Source: Mobula hypostoma
Taxonomy: Eukaryota
DNA length: 64,000 nucleotides
NCBI RefSeq assembly: GCF_963921235.1
Contig: NC_086097.1
Span: forward strand, 154,630,001-154,694,000
Direction: 5' to 3'
Below are positions 53,570-64,000 of this stretch, piece after piece. The notes beneath the pieces are model-generated. The model saw only the letters and a program-made list of their open reading frames with translations. It did not search any database and had not been told where the DNA came from. The first letter of the stretch is position 1. Each line of letters opens with the position of its first letter. Position numbers and translations under genes: made by a program.

Positions 53570-54197
53570 TGTTAGCATTCATTTCAAGAGGTCTGGAATA
53601 CAAGAGCAGGGATGTGATAAGGCATTGGTGAGGCCTCACCTTGAGTATTGTGAACAGTTTTGGGCCCTTCATCTAAGAAAAGATGTGCTGGCATTGGAGA
53701 GGGTCCAGAGGAGGTTCACAAGGGTGATTTCGGGAATAAAAGGGTTATCATATGAGGAATACTTGATAGCTCTGGCTCTGTACTCGCTGGAATTTAGAAG
53801 GATGAGGAGAGATCTCCTTAAAACCTTACAAATGTTAAAAGGGCAAAACAAAGTAGATGTGGAAAGGATATTTCTCATGATGGGGGAGCCTTGGACAAGA
53901 GGGCTCAGCCTTATGATAGAGGTGTGCTTATTTAAAACAGAGATGCGGAGAAATTTCTTTAGCCAGTGGTGAATTTGTGGAATTTATTACAACAGGCAGC
54001 TGTGGAAGCCAGGTCATTGGGTGTATTTAAGGCAGAGTTTGATAGATTCTTGATTGGACACCCATCAAAGATTATTGTGAGAAGGCCGGGAAGTGTGGTT
54101 GAAGGGGGCGGGGGGAGAGAAGGGATTAGCTGTGATTGAATGGCAGAGCAGACTCCATGGCCAAATAGCCTAATTCTGTTCCTATGTCTCATAATCT
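53570..54197 (+). mobile_element. CR1 3' fragment nested in the older CR1
   Basis: ALVRPHLEYC..FW...LERVQRRFTR...MRRNFFSQ. Confidence 0.85.
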
Positions 54198-55052
54198 TAA
54201 TCGATGACCTCTAGTACTAGTATCACCCAACCTCAGTGGAGAAATCCTGCTTACATTTACCCTATTTATACCCCTCGTAATTTTGTGTTTCCCTATCAAA
54301 TCTACCTTCATTCTCCTACACTTGAGGGAATAAACCTATTCAACATTTCCCTAACTTAGGTTTTCAAGTCCTGACAACAAACTTCTAAATTTTCTCATCA
54401 CTCTTTCAATCTTATTTGCATCCTTCCTGTAAGTAGGTGACCAACATCTTGCACAACTTCAAAATAATATCACAACTCCTGTGCTCAGTACTTTGATCTC
54501 TGAAGGCCAATGTGCCAAAAGCTTACTTAATGACTGTATCTACTTGTGACACTACTTTCAAGGAATTATAGATCTATATTCCCAGATCCCTCTGTTCTAC
54601 TTCACTCCTCAGCGCCCTACTTATCTCTATGTAGGTCCTACCCTGGTTGTTCCCCCAAAGTGCAGCACATCAGACATAAATTTCAGCTGGCAATTAAATT
54701 CCATCTGGCAATTTTCAACCAATTTTTCCAGTTGGTCCAGATTCCCCTGCAAGCTTTAATAGACTTTCTTGCTGTCCACTACACTTCCAGTCTTGGTGTC
54801 ATTGGCAAATTTGCTGATCCAGTTTACTGCATTGTCATCCAGATTGTGGATATGGTTGATAAACAGCAAAGGGCCCAGTACTGGTCTCTGCAACATACCA
54901 CTAGTCACAGGCCACCCGTCAGAGAGGCAACTATCACTATCTGACTTCTCCTGTGATGCCAATGCCTAATCCAGTTTACTATCTCATGGAATGTCAAGCA
55001 ACTGAACCTTCTTAACCACCTTCCATGTGTGATTGTGCCAAAGTCCATGTAG

Positions 55053-58000
55053 CATGTGAAGACAGACTCTGGCGGATTGAGCGGACGAGACCAATGGAAG
55101 GTCCAACGGTCAAGAAGGCGGTCTCAACTCTTGTCTTGTCACTGGATCCAGATAGGAATTAGGAAGAGAGAGTGAGGCTGATGCTGCGCAACTCTCCCTC
55201 ACTTCAATCCAAATCAAGCGCTAGTCTCGACATCATCATCATCTTCACCCTCAAACTTTGAAGTCCTGTGGCGATGGGCGAGTGATGAAGCAGCAGGTGT
55301 GGATACACTGGGAGCTGTAGTCACGGACCTGCACACAGGCAGCTCAGGTCTAATAGTCACTTTTCACTGACCGAAGCAGCAGTGAAACTCAGCATCTACC
55401 TGGGCGACTGAACAGCCCTCTTTAGGAACGCACTGCTCACCCCCGTAGTATGAGGAAGGGGCTAGAAAAGGTGCCCTAAACTTTGCCTGCTTCATTACAC
55501 CCTGGCCAGTTTACCGCAGCTGGCAGAGATCCTATCTTGGCGGTCGAACAAACACAACAAAACGCAAGGTGACACCACTCACCATTGGCAGTTGGAACAT
55601 GTGCACGCTATTCGACAACCCTACAGTAAACAGACCAGAGAGAAGAACAGCCTTAGTTGCCAGAGAGCTTGCAAGATACAACATTGACATAGCAGCCCTG
55701 CATGAGACTCGTCTTGCCCACGGAGGTCAGCTGACTGAAACTGGAGATGGATACACCTTTTTCTGGAGCGGTCGCAGCGGCGATGAGCGTCGTGATGCTG
55801 GAGTTGGATTCGCCGTCAGGAGTCACCTTGTTCGGAAACGTTCCAGTCTCCCCAAGGGTGTGAATGACCGGCTCATGACACTACAGCTTCCGCTACAGAA
55901 CAGAAGTCAAGCCATCCTGATCAGCGCCTATGCCCCCACAATGACCAACCCGGATGAGACGAAAGACGGGTTCTATGAAGAACTAGACGCCCTACTATCA
56001 GCAGTGAGCAGCACCGACAAGCTGATTTGGCTCGGCAACTTCAATGCAAGAGTAGGGCATGACTCTGCAGCCTGGCAGGGAGTCACTGGGAGACATGGAG
56101 TGGGCAAATGTAACAGTAACGGCCTATTCTTGCTGAAGACCTGTGAAGCACACGGCCTGCTCATCACCAACACAACTTTCCACCTGCCTACCCGTAACAA
56201 GACCTCCCAGATGCACCCCCGCTTTAAGAATTGGCATCTTGTCGACTATGTCATTGTCAGGAGAAAAGACAGGCAGGATGTCAGAGTGACAAAGGCGATA
56301 TGTGGTGCTGAATGCTGGACAGATCACAGGCTCATTGTCTCCAAAATGAAGCTCCGCATCAGACCCAAGAGGTGACCACAAGGAAGCAAGGCTATGAAAA
56401 GATTCAATGTGGCCAGGCTGAAGAACTCCAGCATAGCTTCAGCACTGGCTGAAGATTTAGAAACCAAGGTTGCTGACCTACCCCTTGCAGGCAGCACTGT
56501 GGACGACTGGGATCGCTTCAGCGATGCTGTCCATTCACCTGCACTAAAGGGCTCTCTACCCACAAGAAGCATGGCTGGTTCAATGAGAATGATGAGGAGA
56601 TACAGGCTCTACTCGTTGAAAAGCACCACCTTCATTGTGCCCATCAGAACGACCAATCATCAGCTGCCAAGAAAAATGCCTTTACCAGTGCTTGCAGGAT
56701 AGTTCAGAATAAACTGTGTAAAATGCAAGATGCCTGGCTGAGCGCCAAGGCAGATGAACTACAGGGATGCGCTGACAGAAATGACTTGAAACGATTCTAT
56801 GAAGCCCTCAACACTCTCTATAGACCTCAGTCTCTTGGGAGCTCCCCCCTCCTGAGTACAGATGGTACTGTTACGTACCCCGTAACTGGGTTGCCAAACC
56901 AGCAGAAATGGATCACTCAGTTGCAGTCTGGATTACTGGAACTAAGAGAGTTTTATTAAAGAAACAAGCAACACAGTACTCTAATCAAAAGGATAATAAA
57001 TGCAACAGTTCAGCAATGATAAACACACATGGTACACAAAATTAGGATAACAGGATCAATCAAGCTCTATCGTCGTCTAGGGGTAAATGACCAGTTTCAA
57101 AGTGACGCAAAGTTCAGTTCAGTTCACAGTAATCACTGCCGTGGCGATGGACAGTGGGGGGGATGGAGAGAGAGAGCAAAAACGAATGAATATTCAAACG
57201 GCTTCCACACAGACCTTCGATACTCTTCACAGTCAGCTTTTGGGCGAGCCCTTTGTGATGTCATCTGAGGTCACCGACTGTGACCCCCCCCCCCCCCCGT
57301 TTCCAGATACGATCGTTTCTCTGCGGTGAAACCTGGCACCCAGGCAAGGGCGGACACACACCAGGTTCCCGCCGATCGTACCTTTCCACCCTGTGCGTCT
57401 ATGGCTTGGTCCCGCGACCAGCCCTCCAAAACCTCCCACCAACTTGTGGGAGACGCACCGCTTCCAGGGTCTCGTTACCTCGGGGTGTTGTGTGTGTCTT
57501 GCCTTAGCGAACCTGTCCCTTTTTATCCCCCTGCTGGGGTATCGCCTGTCCATCACTTCAAACAGTTCAGGGTTCAAAGGGGGGGCCGATCTTGACAGCT
57601 CTCCTTCTGTCCCTTAATTAACATCTCCAAATGCTGCTCCATTGTTTTCCTTATCTCTCTTTCTCCTGAAGACAGGTGGCAGACCAACTGCTGATCCCAC
57701 TGGTGCCAGCACAGGACAGTTAACACCTTAATCTATGTGTACTCTCGTCACAGTACAACTCTCATTACAGAGCAGGCTCAGATCCTGCAGAGATGGGCTG
57801 AACACTTTGAAGCCATCCTTAACCGACCATCATATATTAACGATGAGGCGATAGACAGGATTCCCCAGGTCGACATCAACAGCGTCATGGATGACCCACC
57901 GGTAGTAGCCGAAGTTACGGAAGCTGTCAGCAGCTATCCAGTAACAAAATCCCAGGGGCAGACGCCATACCTGCAGAGATCTACAAAACCGGTGGTCCTG

Positions 58001-59688
58001 TACTTATAGAGAAGCTCACTGAGTTGTTCCAGTCTTTTTGGAAGCAAGGATCCATTCCTCAGGAACTTAAAGATGCATCCATCGTACACCTCTACAAGAG
58101 GAAGGGCAATTGAAAAGTATGCGACAACCACCAAGGAATCTTGCAGCTCTCCATAGCAGGAAAAACCCTTGCAAGAGTCCTGCTAAATTGTTTGGTCACT
58201 CACCTGGAGCTGGGCTTGCTGCCAGAGTCAGTGTGGCGTTCGCAAAGGTCGTGGGACTATTGACATGATTTTTTTAGTGGGTCAACTTCAGGAGAAGTGT
58301 CAGGAGCAGAATCGCGAACTCTACACAACTTTTGTTGACCTCACGAAAGACTTCGACACTGTCTGCCGACAAGGCCTGTGGAGGATCATGTCAAAGTTCG
58401 GCTGCCCCGCCAAATTCATTCAGATGGTACACCAGTTCCATGATGGCATGATGGCCGGAGTGCTGGACGGTGGAGAATCCTCTGAGGCATTCCCAGTCAC
58501 CAATGGCGTCAAGCAGGGCTGTGTGCTCGCACCCACACTGTTCAGCATGATGTTTTTTGCCATGCTGAATGATGCCTTCCAGGACAGTGATGCTGGAATC
58601 AGCCTCAAGTATAGAGTGGATGGGAAGCTCTTCAACCTGAGGAGACTTCAAGCTATCACCAAAGTGAAGAAGACTGTTCTGAGAGACATCCTCTTTGCCG
58701 GTGACTGCGCCCTGTATGCTGGCTCAGAGCTAGAGATGCAAGACAATACTGATAAACTCTCCACGGCTTGTGACAACTTTGGACTCACCATCAACATCAA
58801 AAAGACCGAAGTCATGCACCAGCCTACCCCTCCTGCACCGTACACAGAACCCAAAATCACAATCAAAGGACAGAAACTACATGCAGTGGACCAGTTCACT
58901 TACCTTGGCAGCAACCCTCTCCTGAGCAGTGGCTATTGATACAGAAGTTAACTGCAGAATAGCAAAGGCAAGTTCTGCTTTCAGTAGACTGTGCTCCACT
59001 GTATGGGAATGCCGAGGAATCAGTCCAGCAACAAAACTGAAGGTCTACAGAGCTGTGGTACTCACTACCCTCCCGTATGCCTGCGAAACATGAACTGTGT
59101 ATCGAAGGCATACAAGACAGCTCAACCACATGACTTGTCTTCGCAGAATATTAGGCATCAGATGGCAAAATAAAGTACCAGACACTGAAGTTCTCTCTAG
59201 ATCAAGTCTGCCATCAGTCCACACACTGGTGATGAGAGCACAGACCTGGTGAGCAGGTCATGTCATCGGCATGCCAGACGAGCGCATACCCAAGCAGCTC
59301 CTTTTTGGGGAACTCTCTGCTAGAAGATGCTCGGATGGAGGACAGAAGAAACATTACAAAGACACATTAAAGGCCTCCCTGAAGTCACCTGACATAGACA
59401 CAACCACCTGGGAAACGCTGGCACAAAACCGCCCTACCTGGCGCAGCCTCATCCACAAGGGCTGTCAAGCTTACGAAGCAAGGCGCATTGCTGAAGCACA
59501 ACATAAGCACAAGCTGCACAAGTCCAGAGACACCAGCGCAACAACTGCAGTGCCTACACGTCTGCCCAACACGTGCCAGGACATTCCGTGCCCGAATTGG
59601 CCTGACCAGTCACCTTCAGACACACTGTATCCAGTCTCAAAGTGACTAATGGTGTCGAGGTCTTCATCGACAATGATGGATGAACCAT
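55053..59688 (+). mobile_element. RTE-clade LINE, near full length and degenerate
   Basis: APE ORF 55569-56375 (PERRTALVARELARYNIDIAAL.ETR, SAYAPT, TDH); RT 58265-58939 (FVDLTKDFDTV, GVKQGCVLAP); C-terminus MPDERIPKQLLFGEL; atgtag duplicated at 55047-55052 and 59689-59694. Confidence 0.92.
56869..57752. mobile_element. Solo LTR (TG...CA) inserted in the RTE ORF
   Basis: tgttacgtacccc...cgtcaca; 4-bp TSD GTAC on both sides. Confidence 0.85.
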
Positions 59689-60042
59689 ATGTAGACAACA
59701 TCCATTGCCTTGTCTTCATCAACTTTCCTGGTAACTTCCTCAAATAAAACTCTGTAAGAATGTATGGACACAACCTACCACACATAACGCCATGTTGATT
59801 ATGTCTGGTTCCTTAGAATACCTTCCAATAACTTAACAACTACTGTATTCTTTAGAGCCTTTTTTAAACAATGGAACAACATTAGCTAGCCTCCAATCCT
59901 CCAGCACTTCACCTGTTACTAAGGACATTTTAAATATCTCTGCTAGGACTTCTGCAATTTCTGCATCAGCCTCCCAGAAGGTATGAGGGAACACCTTGTC
60001 AGGCTGTGGGGATTTATCAATCCTAATTTGACTCAAGACAAC

Positions 60043-60867
60043 TGTTACGTACCCCGTAACTGGGTTGCCAAACCAGCAGAAATGGACCACTTAGTTGGAG
60101 TCTGGTTTAACAGAAGCTAATAAAGTTTTATTAAAGAAATAAGTAACACAGTACTCTAATCGTAAGGATATAAATGCAACAGGTTAGCAATAATAAAACA
60201 CACGTAAACAGAACTAGGGTAATAGGAATCAATCAGGCTCTATCGCAGTCTAGGGGTAAAATGATCAGTCTCAAGTGATGCAGAGTTCAGTTCAGCTTAG
60301 TACAGTTCGCAGTAATCACTGTTGTGCCGTTGGAGAGAGAGAGAGAATGCAAATTTTGATTCAGACCTTTGATGTTCTTCACAGTTGGCTTTCGGGCGAA
60401 CCCTTTTATGTCTTCTGTGGTCACCAACTGTGACCCCTCTGTTCCGGATACGACCATTCTTCCGCGGTGAACCCGGCACCCAGGCAAGGGCGGACACACA
60501 CACCAGGTTCCCACCGATCGTACCCTTTCACCCTGTCAGTCTATGGTCGGTTCCCTCGAACCAGACCTCCAGCTCCCACCAACTAGTGGGGGCACACCGC
60601 TCTTCCAGGGTCTCATTATCTCGTGATCTCGTGGTGTGTGTCGTGCCTTAGCGAACCTGTTCTTTTTATCCCCCTGCTGGGGTATCACCTGTCCATCAAA
60701 CTTCAAACAGTTCAGGTTCAAAGCAACCGGTCTGTCAATATTCTGAAATGTGTTTCTTTCTTGTTAATCTCTCTCTTCTCTCTTATTAGCATTTTGAATG
60801 TTTCTCCATTGTCTCACTTATCTCTCTCATCAGCATCAATCTTCTGATAACTTGGTTTGTCGTCACA
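60043..60867. mobile_element. Solo LTR of the same family, inserted in the old CR1
   Basis: Same termini; 4-bp TSD CAAC on both sides. Confidence 0.85.
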
Positions 60868-61158
60868 CAACAATCACCACCTCTTCTGTAATCTGTGTTT
60901 ACTGGGCACAGACTCTATAGAAATGAGGCAAAACCGTGGGGAGTTAATGGATCATACACAGGTACAAGGAGAGCTAGCTAATTGGATATATAATTAGCTT
61001 GATGACAGAAAGCAGAGCGTGATGATGAAAGTTTCCTCTTCAAGTTGGAAGGCCTTTATTAATGCTGTCCTCTTGAGTAAATACAAGTAGAATAAAGACA
61101 ACTGCCAGAGTTGAGTATTTTGTCTTCATGTGTTGTTATACATGTTTTGCCTTCATAG

Positions 61159-61286
61159 GCTGGGATGTCTGGTGGAATGGACCTCCTGGACGGCCTGGTC
61201 TTCAGGGACCACCAGGTCCAGTTGGTTCTCAAGGAATGGAAGGAGTACAAGGAGCTCCTGGGCTTCCTGGTTCACCAGGTAAACAG
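61159..61286 (+). pseudogene. Collagen exon, 128 bp, AGMSGG/frameshift/[36 protein letters not shown]
   Basis: tcatag|GCT...CAG|gtgagt; first codon completes the GE-A triplet of the 33-bp exon; length not a multiple of 3. Confidence 0.85.
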
Positions 61287-61479
61287 GTGAGTATCTAAGA
61301 GGAGATTTTCACTGTTTAATATGGGGAAGATGTTACAAATATGGTATCAAACTGCAAAGCCCATTGCTTCTCAAATACTGCATGTAGTTATATTACAATG
61401 AGACAGCTCAGACCCACACTGTGAATTCAGCTCATTCAAAGAAGTTCAGGATTACGTACAATAACCTTCTCAAGGATAA

Positions 61480-63310
61480 CTAGCAACATTCATAAATAAG
61501 AATTTTAGAGAAGTAACCAAGAAAGTCAATGATGGCAGAGCAATATATGTGTTTTTTTTTAATGAACTTCAGTTAGGTCTTTCATAAGGTTCCACATGGT
61601 AAGCCACTAAGGAAAATTGGATCATCTGGGATCCAGGGATACTAGCATAGATAGAGCATTGGCTGATAGGCAGGAGGCAAACAATACTGGGAATAAAGGG
61701 AGTCTTTTCTGTTTGCTGCCAGTGACTAGTGGTGTTCCACAGGGGTCAGTATTGGGACAGCTTCTTATCACTCTGTTAGAGGGAATAAAGGTATAGATTA
61801 TTTTCTAAATGGAGAACAAATCTAAAATCAGTACAAAGGGACTTGGGAGTCCGTGTGCAGAATTCTGTAAAGGTTAACTTGCAGGTTGAGTTAGGAAAAT
61901 ACAATGTTAGCATTCATTGTGAGAAGACTAGAAAATAGAAGCACGGTTGTCATGCGGAGGCTTTATAAGGCATTGGTCATATGAGGAGTGTCTGAATGGT
62001 TCTGGGCCTGTACTTGCTGGAATTTAGAAGAATAAGGGGGAATATCATTGAAACCTATTAAATATTGAAAGGTCTAGACAGAATGGATGCGGAAAGGATG
62101 ATTCCTATAGTGGGTGAGGCTAGGACCAGAGGGCACAGCCTCAGAATTGAGACATCCATTTAGTACAGAGATAAGAAGGAATTTCTTTTGCCAGGGGGTG
62201 GTGGATCTGGGGAATTCATTGTCATGGACGGCTGTGGAAGCCAAGTCATTGAGTATATTTAAAGCGGAAGTTGATAAATTCTATATAGCTCAGGCCAGCA
62301 AAGGTTACGGGGAGGAGACAGGAGAATGGGGTTGAGAGGGATAATAGATCAGCAATGAGGGAATGGCAGAATAGGCTTGACAGGCCGGGTGGCCTAATTC
62401 TGATCTTACAGTAGTGTAAATGATTTAGATTAGAATGTACGAGGCATGATTAATAAGTCTACAGTTGACACTAAAATAGGAGGTGGTGTTAACATGAATA
62501 TGTTTATCTGAATTTACAGAAGGGAACTTGATCTGCTGGGGAAGTAGGCCAAGGAATGGAAAAAATGTTTACTTCAGATAAGTGGAGAGCTTTGCATTTT
62601 GGGAAGACAACTGATTTTACAGTGAATAGTAAGGCCCTAAGGAGTGTTGTAGGACAGAAGGATTGAGAAATGCAAGTACATGGTTCAGTGGAAGTGGCAT
62701 CACGGGTGGGGTGACGGCCTTCATCAGTCAGCTCATGGAGTACATGAGTCAGGATGTTCTGTTGCAGTTGTACAAGGCACTGGTAAGGCTACATTTGAAA
62801 TTCTATGTTCCGTTTTAGTCCCCTAATACATCAAGTTGGAGCAGATAAGGATAAGATTTATGAGAATGTTGCTGGGACTAAAGGGACTGAGTTATAAAAA
62901 AAAGATTGAGCAAATTGGGACTTTTATTAGCAAGTAGAATGGGGACTGATCTATAAATGGGGACTGATCTATAAAATAATGAAGTTCATAGATAGAGTGA
63001 ATGTGCACTGCCTTTTCCCCAGGGTGGGGAATCAAGAGCTGGAGGACATAGGAATGTGGTGAAAGGAGGCAAATTTAATAGAAAACTGAGGGGTAACTTT
63101 TGCACCCAAAAGGTGGTCAGATTGCCAGAGGAACTGGTTGAGGCGGCTAGATTAACAAGAATTAAAAGACACTTGGACACCATTGATAAGAATGGTGTAC
63201 AGGGATATGGACCAAATGCAGGAAAATAGACTAGCTTTGTTGTAACTGTTGGTCAGCATGAACCAGTTTAGCTAACTAGTCTGTTTCCATGCTATACAAC
63301 TCTACAAAAC
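61480..63310 (+). mobile_element. Two degenerate CR1 remnants
   Basis: gtgactagtggtgttccacaggggtcagt (VTSGVPQGSV); EIRRNFFCQ; second decayed copy ~62420-63310; boundaries approximate. Confidence 0.65.
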
Positions 63311-64000
63311 GGCAACTTTAATAGCAATGATCACCTATAAATGGAGTCCATTTTTAAGAACTGCAAGAGTATGCTCTGCATCTACAAAGATTGACTGCTT
63401 TATTAACAGGATCATAATTCAAAGATGCCATGTCATTTTGACATGCAATCATATTTCACCTTTCATGGTATGTTAATTACCTTGATGTAATATAGTTGTC
63501 TGTGTTTTTATAAAAAAAACTTTGTTCCTTTTACCGAGACAATATTAATATGTCATAGCTGCAGATTTAATGAAACATTGTCCATTAATTATTCAAAGGG
63601 TTCTTATTTCCCATAAGGTTTGAAGTTACTGCCAAAAATGATATATGATCATCATTGAGGTTAATTTTATTTGTCTTTGAGGTGAAATAGTCATTTGCTA
63701 AATTTAAGGAAAGCATATTTTTAGCATTCCAACCAATAACTCTAGAGAAGGCAGTGCTTGAGGTGATGGCAAGTAGGGATTGATGGTCTTATGCGCATTT
63801 CCCTCTTCTAATCTAGGCAATAAAAGTTTTTGTCTTTTTTTGCATACCTTTCAACAGAGGAAAATCTCCTTAATAAATTTATGCCTAATACCATGGTAGC
63901 TTGGTGCTCCAAAACTACTACTCAAATTGTGACATGATGTCCTGCATGTAGCCACTTTATCAGGTACACCTGAATGTAAATACAAGTATCTAATTAGCCA

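Larger units (their letters stand above)
53305..60890 (-). mobile_element. Old CR1 LINE fragmented by nested insertions (pieces ~53305-53570, 54200-55052, 59689-60042, 60868-60890)
   Basis: Continuous CR1 motifs across the breaks: DKSP.PD, EDWRLANVVPLFKKG, PVTSG..Q..VLGPLLF, SKFAND. Confidence 0.75.
1876..61286 (+). pseudogene. Type IX collagen alpha-chain-like gene (NC3 + COL2 region, 18 exons; gene extends beyond the window), probably pseudogenised
   Basis: 18 collinear Gly-X-Y exons, 16 with intact AG/GT boundaries; size series 55,54x8,45,54x3,72,36,45,33,128 versus recalled COL9A2/A3 exons 11-28 (57,54x8,45,54x3,72,36,45,33,147); CPxxCP motif; multiple disabling lesions. Confidence 0.9.

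Noticed and set aside
56869..60867. One LTR retrotransposon with two LTRs flanking an RT region
   Set aside because: Each LTR has its own TSD, and the interior is RTE and CR1 LINE sequence continuing from outside
62939..62974. 18-bp tandem duplication atggggactgatctataa x2
   Set aside because: Local slippage inside a dead CR1; no sign of function
63780..64000. Expected next 55-bp NC2 exon
   Set aside because: No AG-preceded frame resembling the NC2 sequence was found; probably beyond the window
1..64000. Prokaryotic features (CRISPR array, operons, rRNA/tRNA)
   Set aside because: No repeat-spacer array or RNA gene seen; the sequence is spliceosomal-intron vertebrate DNA

Overview
Eukaryotic (vertebrate) genomic DNA. 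The repeat content (CR1 with (TTTCTATG)n tails, Penelope-like, Rex1/Babar, L1, RTE) suggests a cartilaginous fish, probably a ray; this is inference. None of the long ORFs in the supplied track is a host gene: the recognisable ones are retrotransposon or transposon fragments. Hidden between them on the + strand are 18 small Gly-X-Y exons (1876-61286) with sizes 55, 8x54, 45, 3x54, 72, 36, 45, 33, 128. This matches the NC3+COL2 region of type IX (FACIT) collagen genes, recalled as 57, 8x54, 45, 3x54, 72, 36, 45, 33, 147. The gene carries two nonsense substitutions, two frameshifts (one creating a further in-frame stop), a dead splice donor, a dead splice acceptor and two Gly substitutions, so it looks like a recently inactivated, intron-containing collagen IX-like pseudogene. 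Its peptide matches none of human alpha1/2/3(IX) closely and may be a fourth paralog. The introns hold nested TEs with readable target-site duplications, and Penelope-like elements carrying minimal hammerhead ribozyme motifs and long inverted repeats.
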